Below, one piece after another: positions 56,593 through 64,000 of a DNA stretch of 64,000 bases (position 1 is its first letter; the number at the start of each line of letters is the position of its first letter). Both the position numbers and the translations under genes were made by a program. The notes under the pieces are model-generated. The model was not told where the DNA came from and did no database searches. It saw only the letters and a list, made by a program, of their open reading frames with translations. Location of the stretch: the sequence record NC_041994.1. One strand, written 5' to 3'.

Positions 56593-57051
56593 ATGTCAGC
56601 AATAAAACTACACAACCTCGTTGAAGGGAAAATGCAGGAGAGCTTACACGGCGAGTGGTGCCGTGTGAAAGAAGCGTCGCCGCTGCTGAATCTCGGTGCT
56701 GAGTTCGAAGCACTGTTTAAGCGATTGAAAGAGCTGGGTGACGTTCGCCTTGAAGATCTCGTCAAAGAGTACGAGACTAAGGAAGAACACACCCGCCTAA
56801 ATCAACCTCGGGTCGAGCCGTCTGAACACACCCGTGACTTCCTCCGGGTAGCGCATGGCGATCAGGCTAAAGGCTTTTATGTTGAACAGGTTACGCCCGA
56901 CAAGATCTGCCTGCGTGTGAACGGCGACGTCCACTTCTGGATCAAGTACTTCAACACGACGGCCATCCTGCCCCGGGGGTTTATCCACATCGACCGTCGG
57001 CTGCGTATCACCAACATCGCCGCTCCAGGAGCTTTGCCTGATGCTGACTAA
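56593..57051 (+). CDS. hypothetical protein, paralogue of the previous gene
   Basis: KRLKELG...RVEP...GDQAKGF...IDRRLRIT. Confidence 0.75.
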   Translation: MSAIKLHNLVEGKMQESLHGEWCRVKEASPLLNLGAEFEALFKRLKELGDVRLEDLVKEYETKEEHTRLNQPRVEPSEHTRDFLRVAHGDQAKGFYVEQVTPDKICLRVNGDVHFWIKYFNTTAILPRGFIHIDRRLRITNIAAPGALPDAD

Positions 57052-57373
57052 GGCCACCCCACCCAAGATCAAAGAACTCTACGATCATGCCATGTTGGTG
57101 TTTGCCAGCGAACGCGTGCACAATGTTTTCTCCAGTGAGATCACCATTGTGGTCGACCGTAAGCCTGACACCACTGAGCACGATCTGTGGTTCTATCAGT
57201 TTGGTAAGAGTCATGAGCGTTTCGCTCAGATCACCCAGCGTGGTGAGTACCTGATCATGGATTCCGGCTTGCTGGAAAACATCGTGCACAACACCATGAA
57301 AGGACTGCCTCACGCAATCCAGGACATGGTTGACTGGGCACGTACGGGTCGGCTGTACGCCAAAGATACTTAA
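57041..57373 (+). CDS. hypothetical protein
   Basis: Coupled ORF. Confidence 0.7.
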   Translation: MLTKATPPKIKELYDHAMLVFASERVHNVFSSEITIVVDRKPDTTEHDLWFYQFGKSHERFAQITQRGEYLIMDSGLLENIVHNTMKGLPHAIQDMVDWARTGRLYAKDT

Positions 57374-57535
57374 TGATATATGCAGTCGTAGCACTTGGTG
57401 CCTTGAGAACCTTATCTACTCTCATGGCTGGTGAGCGTTCCCGTCCGCCCATTCACCAGCGGGGCTTAGGCCCTACGGCTGCGCCTACATTTAAATAGCC
57501 ACCCTTCGGGGTGGTTTTATGTCCGGAGGGAATCT

Positions 57536-57742
57536 ATGTCGTGGGTTGAACTTGAGCAGCACCGTGAAGCAGCACTGAACCCTGACTGGGCCGAATACGA
57601 TCGGGTATACAAACATGTCCATGATTGGCGCAGCTATGTGACGGCTGAAGTACGAGCGATATGGGACGAGATCCCAATCGAAGGTCGGATGGCAATCGTA
57701 CACTGCTGTGAAGAATCTGCCGGCCGAGAACAGTGGGATTAG
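57536..57742 (+). CDS. small hypothetical protein
   Basis: SD ggaggg; NPDW...HDWRSY...W. Confidence 0.75.
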   Translation: MSWVELEQHREAALNPDWAEYDRVYKHVHDWRSYVTAEVRAIWDEIPIEGRMAIVHCCEESAGREQWD

Positions 57743-57820
57743 TCGATTGCAATTAGTTTGAGAACTATATTGTCCAAGTGAATTAGGACCATCAAGGTCT
57801 TAACCATCAGGAGTAATACC

Positions 57821-57994
57821 ATGTTCTCTTTCTTTAATCGTGAATCGTCTACCCGTCGTGTTCTGCGTGAGCGTTTGGCTTCGGCTAAACGTGGTCTGTC
57901 TCGTGCAATGCGTCTGCATGGCGTGAACTCTGAGCGTGCTCGTGAGTTCGACAAGTTGGTCAGCAAGCTCGAATCGGAGCTGACCAATGCATAA
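57821..57994 (+). CDS. 57 aa basic helical protein (not in ORF track)
   Basis: SD aggag, CGT-biased codons, AT-rich upstream region, own terminator. Confidence 0.7.
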   Translation: MFSFFNRESSTRRVLRERLASAKRGLSRAMRLHGVNSERAREFDKLVSKLESELTNA

Positions 57995-58049
57995 CCAACA
58001 CGGCATAAACCCCTCCCATCGCGGGAGGGGTTTATGTCGCTTTTTCTTT

Positions 58050-59057
58050 TTACTTGACGGACGCGTCAATCAGTCGGATCAGTGCGCGGGTATAGGTGTA
58101 GATCTCATAGAGGCCTGTACGGGTCTCAGAGCTCCATGCGTACTGCACACCCTCGTTGAACGTGGAGATCTCTTCGCAGATGTATTGCAGTCTCCACCAC
58201 GTCTTTTTATCACCGCTATAGTGTTTCTCCATAGCCTGATAAACAGGATCATTGCTGGTGTACTTATCCACCGAGAAGCCACGATCAACCATGCGGACGA
58301 ACATGTCTTCCCAACCGACCGCTGCAAACGGGCGCTTAGGGCTGGCCGCAGCTGCACGCAATTGCAATACCAACTTAGCCGCCGCTACCACACCCTCGGC
58401 CGTAAGTGCTGGCACCTTGACGGTCTGTGGATCGAACTTATTGCTGACACTTTTGAACTTATAGTTCTCCGGCAATGCTGGGCTCTTGGTGTCGAAGGCG
58501 TCGATCTTGGCCGGGTCTTTCCAGTCGTTACCACCCAGGAAAGCAAGGTAGGGCTTTGCTTTGTTTGCCAAGGCTTGTAGCACCGGTGTGTTTAATGCCC
58601 AGTTAGCTTCGGCCATCTGGATGACCTGTGGGATCTCCTTGGCGTAATCACCAAGCAGTACGCTACCTTGGGCGACTGTGTATTCACCGGTCAACAAACG
58701 GCGCTGTGCTACCCATGCTGGGTTTGCATACGTTTTGGCAATCGTGTCATCCGCCTTGACGGAGTTACTGAGTTCAAACTCAGAGGGTTTCTTACCCTTG
58801 GTCATATTGCGGATCACGTCGCCCGCGTACTCCATGAACCCTTCCGACGACACCATCTGTTCGAGGGTGGTCTTGTCAGCCGTACCCGCTACGGTCTGCG
58901 CCAACCAGTCTTCTACCGAAGCCTCTTCCTCACTGAGCTCTGCTTTAATGAAACCATTGATGGTCTCTTCCGGCAGGTCTTTCTTCTCCCCAAACTCACG
59001 AATGCGTTTGATGTCATCACCGACGTCTTTGGGGCTTTCTTTTTCTTTCTCACTCAT
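58050..59057 (-). CDS. internal head protein paralogue
   Basis: Glu-rich propeptide, VSSE|GF, YANPAWV, ends LIDASVK. Confidence 0.75.
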   Translation of the reverse strand: MSEKEKESPKDVGDDIKRIREFGEKKDLPEETINGFIKAELSEEEASVEDWLAQTVAGTADKTTLEQMVSSEGFMEYAGDVIRNMTKGKKPSEFELSNSVKADDTIAKTYANPAWVAQRRLLTGEYTVAQGSVLLGDYAKEIPQVIQMAEANWALNTPVLQALANKAKPYLAFLGGNDWKDPAKIDAFDTKSPALPENYKFKSVSNKFDPQTVKVPALTAEGVVAAAKLVLQLRAAAASPKRPFAAVGWEDMFVRMVDRGFSVDKYTSNDPVYQAMEKHYSGDKKTWWRLQYICEEISTFNEGVQYAWSSETRTGLYEIYTYTRALIRLIDASVK

Positions 59058-59066
59058 GTTCTTTAC

Positions 59067-59993
59067 TCAGCGAATAGAACGGTCTATCCAACGACAGGCC
59101 GCTAAGATTACGTCACCCAAGAAGCGACGCGTAATGGCAAACTCTTCAGAGCTCCAGTAAGTGTGGGGTACGTCCAACCGACGCGACAGCATTACCCACG
59201 ATGCCAAGGGCAGCTTCGAGTCCTTAGGTACCTTCGGGGTTTTGCTGTGAGACAACTGAATCAGCTCACGGGTCGATACATCACCCACCACCGCATAGCC
59301 AGCACGGAAGATAGCATCACCGATGCCTACAAGCTCCTCCAGTTTCGCTACGAGCGTCTTCACCGTAGCCTCAACGTCACGTCGGGTTAACGGCTTAAGC
59401 GTCTGCTGGAGCACCACAGGGGGCTTGATCATGGCAAAGCTGGTAGGGATCTTACGATCACCCACTGGGAACACCCGACCTACCTGACGCATGTACGTTC
59501 CAGGCTCTGGAATGCTACGCATCAGGATCAAGGCATTTTTGAGATTGTCATCTGTCAGTCCCGTTGAAATCGCACGGACTACAGGACGCATGTTGTCGAA
59601 GTAGGTGGTCACACCCTTAAGCCATGACTCATGCACCGCAACCGCAAAGTCAGCAGCTGCGGTCAATTGCGCTACTAGCTCGTTAGGTTCGATGTCGTCT
59701 AGGTAGGCACGAATGTCCCCGCCTTCGATCTTACCGGTGTTCCAGCGTTGCTGACCCAACCACGTAGGATTCCCGTACTGACGGGAGATCGCCGTGATGG
59801 TCGCTTTGAAGTTGTAGGTGTGTTCGAGTTTGACAGGCTTGTAGTCATCACCCTTCATGCTTTTACCCGAACCGAAGATAAACTCTTTGGCCTTGTCGAA
59901 GAAACCCTCTTGCGATAACACCAGCTGCTCCATGGGCACCCGGCTTTCGTTATGCATTGCAGCGTTCTCACCCAGCCAGTTATCGATGTCCAT
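59067..59993 (-). CDS. internal head protein paralogue
   Basis: LSQE|GF, YGNPTWL, ends WIDRSIR. Confidence 0.75.
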   Translation of the reverse strand: MDIDNWLGENAAMHNESRVPMEQLVLSQEGFFDKAKEFIFGSGKSMKGDDYKPVKLEHTYNFKATITAISRQYGNPTWLGQQRWNTGKIEGGDIRAYLDDIEPNELVAQLTAAADFAVAVHESWLKGVTTYFDNMRPVVRAISTGLTDDNLKNALILMRSIPEPGTYMRQVGRVFPVGDRKIPTSFAMIKPPVVLQQTLKPLTRRDVEATVKTLVAKLEELVGIGDAIFRAGYAVVGDVSTRELIQLSHSKTPKVPKDSKLPLASWVMLSRRLDVPHTYWSSEEFAITRRFLGDVILAACRWIDRSIR

Positions 59994-60029
59994 GACAGCT
60001 CCTTGACTAAATACAAATGATTAAGGCGG

Positions 60030-60058
60030 CATAAAGCCTGCCCGAAGGCAGGCCCTAG
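60030..60058 (-). terminator. nrdB terminator hairpin followed by TATG
   Basis: GCCTGCC-cgaa-GGCAGGC (UUCG loop on the - strand), then TATG at 60033-60030. Confidence 0.7.
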
Positions 60059-60060
60059 GC

Positions 60061-61233
60061 TTAAGCGACAGCGCGGCCAGGCAAGGCGAGCGCCAAGGTA
60101 TTGCGAGGACGACGCAGTGGGAACGGGAACACCAAACCATTGTCGTCGTGTTTGACGACGTTGACGCGATATTGGCCGTTGTCCTGTTCCTGTGGTGAGG
60201 CTTGAGTAGCAGCCACGTCCAACCACTTGGTCATGTACGGTAGTGGCATTTCCAACGGTGCGGTGAAGTCAACCGGACGTTCCAATACGTCCAGTGCATC
60301 GGCTACGTTGAAGTTGATGTAGCTACCGATTTCGTCCCAACCAACGTGTGGCACGATACTACCCGAGTCACGTTGGAAGTTGCGCCAGCGCATTTCGGAG
60401 GCACGTACTTCCATGCCCATGTCATCGATGACTTTACGGTTGGCTTTCCAGCAACGACGACCACGCTCGGTTTTGAGCTCGTTCTCGATGACGTACTTGC
60501 CGACGTTGACGTGGATCTCAGCTTCGTCCTGCGCAATACGCTGGACTGCCTTACAGATCGGCATGTAGTCGCCGGTCTGCGCGATGGCACCCGTTACAGC
60601 AAACGAACCCATGAAGTTCACACGCTCCAACAGGAACAGTGCGACGCTGAACATGAATGCGCCTTCGTAGGCCTCTTCCGAGTTACGGTCGAGATCACCC
60701 AGCGAAACACGCAGACCGATGCGGTAGGACTTGGCCATTACCGCCGAGATCACGTTCGAGCGAGCCAGAGCTTCTTTCACACCGAGGACGTCATTCAGGA
60801 CATCGTTAGGCGAATCGAAGCTGTAGCGTACGATTTCGGAGTAAGTCGTAGCGTGCAGGTTTTCGTTGGCTACGATCTGGTCCCACACTACTTTAAGTGC
60901 GGAGTTGGTCACGAAGTGGTTGCCCACCGCCATGATGCTGTTGGCGGCGATGGAGTCGCCTTCCCACTGCCAACCCAGGTTCTGGATCATGGCTTGGGCG
61001 ACGCCTGGGTTCTTGGTCTTGAATTCCAGCAGGCACGGGCTGAAGTCAAACTCGTTGGTGTCCCAGTCCAGGCCACGCAGCGAACGCCAGAATTCCCACA
61101 GCTTAGGGTGTGGATCGTTTACGGTGTCGAGCAAACCGCGAGGCTCACCCAGGAACAACCGCGTATCTCCGTAGTCACCTTTGTGCTGGTTGAAGATCAC
61201 ATTGTCTAGCGAGGGGACGATAATTTCCGACAT
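60061..61233 (-). CDS. nrdB: ribonucleotide reductase class Ia beta subunit
   Basis: EGDSIA, ENLHATTYS (E-x-x-H-x-x-x-Y radical Tyr), LERVNFMGSF and QDEAEIH. Confidence 0.93.
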   Translation of the reverse strand: MSEIIVPSLDNVIFNQHKGDYGDTRLFLGEPRGLLDTVNDPHPKLWEFWRSLRGLDWDTNEFDFSPCLLEFKTKNPGVAQAMIQNLGWQWEGDSIAANSIMAVGNHFVTNSALKVVWDQIVANENLHATTYSEIVRYSFDSPNDVLNDVLGVKEALARSNVISAVMAKSYRIGLRVSLGDLDRNSEEAYEGAFMFSVALFLLERVNFMGSFAVTGAIAQTGDYMPICKAVQRIAQDEAEIHVNVGKYVIENELKTERGRRCWKANRKVIDDMGMEVRASEMRWRNFQRDSGSIVPHVGWDEIGSYINFNVADALDVLERPVDFTAPLEMPLPYMTKWLDVAATQASPQEQDNGQYRVNVVKHDDNGLVFPFPLRRPRNTLALALPGRAVA

Positions 61234-61292
61234 GGGTATTCACATTACTTAAAAGAGGAGACAGGCCGGGTGTGACCCCGGCCACCAGCAGC

Positions 61293-63773
61293 TTAGACCG
61301 AGCAGCCGTCGGAAGTACAAACTGGACCGGATAGATCCAGACCGTCTTCATCAACGTCACGACGCACCTTGCGGGTCATCACGGTCGCGAGCGCCTCTTT
61401 GTCGGAGGTCTCGGAGTTGGTGTAGTAGAGAGACTTACGGCCCATGAAGGCCATGTAGTTGGTCTCTTCGATCAGCGCGCTGCTGGAGATCTTTTCGTCA
61501 CCCTTGAAGGTCTGGTAATCATCAGCGGAGATCGACATGTCGGTCCACTTCTGGATAACGGCGTAAAGATTGGTGAAATCCTTACGGGTCATGTTCCAGG
61601 CGATGGTGTACCATTCTTTCAGTGTGTCGGCTTCTGGTGCCACCCAGATCATCGAGTTGTCGCCGTCGGTCTTGAGGATCGACAGGTAACGCAGTGGCAT
61701 CAGGCTGTTGGTAGCTGCCGAGTACTTGGAGCTCGACTCGCCCGGCATGTGTGCGATAAGGCTGGAGAAGCGGCCGCCACCTTGTGCGATCAGATCCAAC
61801 GAGACCTGGTTCCAGTCGTAGTGGTACACGAACGGGGCCAAGGTATCGACGTTCTGGTTGTAGGTGTGCAGCGGAGTCCAACCACGTGGCCAGTCGGTCT
61901 TGTGAATCCACTCGGCGTTACCACGCTCTTGACCCAGACGGATCGAAGCACGGATCAGGTGATAAGCATGGCGCTCACCCACCCGGTGGATTTCCATCAG
62001 GCCTTCTTGCGAAGTGTAGGACAGCTTCTTGCGCGCCATGTGGTGCGCCAAGTCCATGATGCCCACACCGGCATTACGACGTGCCTGAGCGGTCAGCTTC
62101 ATGTGTGGCAGGGCGTAATGGTTGTTGTCGATGCAATAGTCGATCATGTACAGAGCGTTATACGCACACTCGGCGTATTGCTCTTCGGTTTCGCAGTTGG
62201 TCACGATGATCGCAGCCAGTGCACACAGCGACACTTCCGGTTCACGACGCGTTTCGATCACGCGGGTTACACGGCTGTAAGTGAAGGTGCCTTTCTTGCG
62301 GAACTCGACACCTTCTTTGAGCTCGATGGCTGCAACCGCACCCACCATGCCTTTGATCTCGACCGGTTCGTTCGAGTCCAGCAGCATGCCTTGCTTCTCT
62401 TCGGTGTCGAAGGTAATGAAGCCCAGGAACTTCTCCGAGTACAACTCGGTGAGGTGGTCGTAGTAGTGCGTCGGCTGAGTGATCTCCACACACAGGTTCG
62501 ACGACAGGATCGGATCGCGGTGCGGGGTGTGGTAGTTGACTTCGTCGATCAGCAGTAGATAGAAGCGACCGGTCTCGAAACCTTCGGAACGAGCATTGAC
62601 CACCAGCTTACGAGCCGAGACGTAAGTCTTCTCGAAGGACTCGTCGGCTTCGTACTTCTCGTAGAGCTCAACGAACGCATCGAGCGACTTGCCATACATG
62701 GCGGCGTACAGGTCGGGTGCCGAGAACGCGTTGAAGAGGTAGATCTCTTCATCGGCCGAAGACTTGGCCAGCAGCCAGTTGTTCAGCATCATCGTGTAAT
62801 CGATGCTGCGGTTGCGCTTGTTGATTGGGGTGCGTGGGTTCTTCAGCACCATCAACTCGGTCACTTCCGGATCGAAGCCACTGAAGAACTCGTTCAGGCT
62901 GCCGCCGCGGCTGCCTTGCTTGTTCGACTTGACGACGCCGGTTTGCTTACCGTAGTACGGGATCTTGCCGGAGTGGATGATCGAACCACCACGGATCGGG
63001 TCACCCAGGGAACGCACCTGCATGTTCTCGCCGAGGCCGGCCGACATGTAGGTCATGACTTCTGCAATAACCGTAGAAGCCGTGATGGACTCTTTGGTAT
63101 CGCCGCAGGTGAACAGACAGCACGAGAAGAAGCCGTTGTGGCCAGTACCCATGTTGTTGTGGTTCGGTGTCGGTGCAGACAGACGCTCGTGCGACAGGTC
63201 GGAGAACATCGACTCCAGACGGGCCATACGAGTGATCGGGTCATGCTGCTCACACACCACCATCGCTACGCGCATCAGCGCATGCTGACGGGTCTCGTAT
63301 ACGCGCTTGCTGATGCGGTTACGCAGGGCATATTTGTCGCGCCCTTGCTTGAGCTGGTAATGAGCACAGTGGAAGTCGCGCTCGTGGTCGATCCACTCTT
63401 CAATCTGAGCGTACTCAGTATCGGAGTAGTTCAGTACAACCATGACGTTGGCGGCTTGCATGATGTCATGGACTTCACGCAGGCTACGGCGCTTCTTGCC
63501 GCCGAATACTTCTTTGTGGATATCGGTGGCGTAGATACGACCCGCCATCAGCTGACCGGCCCAGGTGTCTTCGTTCAGGGCGTTACGGATCAGACCGTCG
63601 TTGAAATCTTTCGCTTTGCAACGTTCTGGCATTTGCGAGACCGTTTGTACCACGATCTTTTGCCAGTCGATGAACTTGGCGAAACCCTTGGCTCCCCATT
63701 TACCCCAGCCGAGGGCCTTACTGGCATCGAACGGTACAATTGTGCCGTCGCGTTTAATGAATTCTTTGATCAT
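61293..63773 (-). CDS. nrdA: ribonucleotide reductase class Ia alpha subunit
   Basis: ATP-cone start IKRDG, PTP, SCC, QGSRGG, SSNLCVEI, LCAL, GVGIM, PGESSS, SLYY and C-terminal CxxxxC. Confidence 0.96.
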   Translation of the reverse strand: MIKEFIKRDGTIVPFDASKALGWGKWGAKGFAKFIDWQKIVVQTVSQMPERCKAKDFNDGLIRNALNEDTWAGQLMAGRIYATDIHKEVFGGKKRRSLREVHDIMQAANVMVVLNYSDTEYAQIEEWIDHERDFHCAHYQLKQGRDKYALRNRISKRVYETRQHALMRVAMVVCEQHDPITRMARLESMFSDLSHERLSAPTPNHNNMGTGHNGFFSCCLFTCGDTKESITASTVIAEVMTYMSAGLGENMQVRSLGDPIRGGSIIHSGKIPYYGKQTGVVKSNKQGSRGGSLNEFFSGFDPEVTELMVLKNPRTPINKRNRSIDYTMMLNNWLLAKSSADEEIYLFNAFSAPDLYAAMYGKSLDAFVELYEKYEADESFEKTYVSARKLVVNARSEGFETGRFYLLLIDEVNYHTPHRDPILSSNLCVEITQPTHYYDHLTELYSEKFLGFITFDTEEKQGMLLDSNEPVEIKGMVGAVAAIELKEGVEFRKKGTFTYSRVTRVIETRREPEVSLCALAAIIVTNCETEEQYAECAYNALYMIDYCIDNNHYALPHMKLTAQARRNAGVGIMDLAHHMARKKLSYTSQEGLMEIHRVGERHAYHLIRASIRLGQERGNAEWIHKTDWPRGWTPLHTYNQNVDTLAPFVYHYDWNQVSLDLIAQGGGRFSSLIAHMPGESSSKYSAATNSLMPLRYLSILKTDGDNSMIWVAPEADTLKEWYTIAWNMTRKDFTNLYAVIQKWTDMSISADDYQTFKGDEKISSSALIEETNYMAFMGRKSLYYTNSETSDKEALATVMTRKVRRDVDEDGLDLSGPVCTSDGCSV

Positions 63774-64000
63774 GGGTGTCTGATGCCTATCCGAAAGCAT
63801 TAAGTGTTTTTAGTCTTTTCTCAATCGTTGGATTGAATCCAAATTCATAAGAAAAGCCCGGTGAGTAAAAAATCACAGAGGCGGTGTGTTCCACTTTCTT
63901 CTTATTCTGATGGTGAAACTATTAAAATTTGGGAACATAGGATGAGCTCTTTTCGTCACCCAACTCTATGGGTAATTAGATCCACTAAAAGGTTAGGACA

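Larger units (their letters stand above)
10981..58038. repeat. dispersed CATA-hairpin-TATG intergenic elements
   Basis: Both flanks present at 10981, 22161, 24981, 31396, 35857, 42158, 46790, 53835 and 58004. Confidence 0.75.

Noticed and set aside
62225-62470. Active intein in NrdA
   Set aside because: No N-terminal Cys/Ser junction, no His-Asn end, and too short.
54820-63803. Long + strand ORFs such as 54820-55680, 60346-61209, 61749-62558 and 62916-63803
   Set aside because: Shadows of the head-protein and nrd genes on the - strand.
63774-64000. Specific promoter or gene in the AT-rich right end
   Set aside because: Probably nrdA regulatory DNA, but no motif can be assigned and the window ends.

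Overview
A 64 kb segment of a phiKZ-like (chimallivirus-type) jumbo phage genome. The assignment rests on gene content, the paralogous internal-head-type proteins with S-x-E|G sites, and phiKZ-style promoter motifs; the host cannot be read from the sequence. Most of the window is densely packed + strand early/middle genes. Recognisable products are dCTP deaminase, DHH phosphoesterase, COG4112-like Nudix protein, SspB-like adaptor, a thymidylate synthase with three insertions, a Cys-based phosphatase, two HD proteins, a DEDD exonuclease, a 2OG-Fe(II) oxygenase, a Macro domain, an ATP-grasp protein, an Ntn peptidase, a BCS1-like AAA ATPase and NAD-dependent DNA ligase. The - strand carries four paralogous internal-head-type proteins and nrdA/nrdB. 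The most striking unexplained signal is a family of about 10-11 small paralogues: a five-gene tandem array at 9.25-10.98 kb plus dispersed and fused copies from 1 to 42 kb. They share a core 'L-x-x-[LIF]-[DE]-(G)...Y-x-[LV]...[ND]-[IVLM]-A-G-x-L' and nearly all end in [IV]-N-x-stop. Other notable structure: a recurring TATATCAC promoter motif, CATA-hairpin-TATG intergenic elements, a non-coding five-hairpin array at 31.2-31.4 kb, a candidate structured RNA at 51.0-51.25 kb, and an RNA-polymerase-like NADFDGN segment in an unrelated protein. No tRNA, rRNA, CRISPR array, transposase or clear intein was seen. All functional calls come from motifs read by eye; no database search was run.
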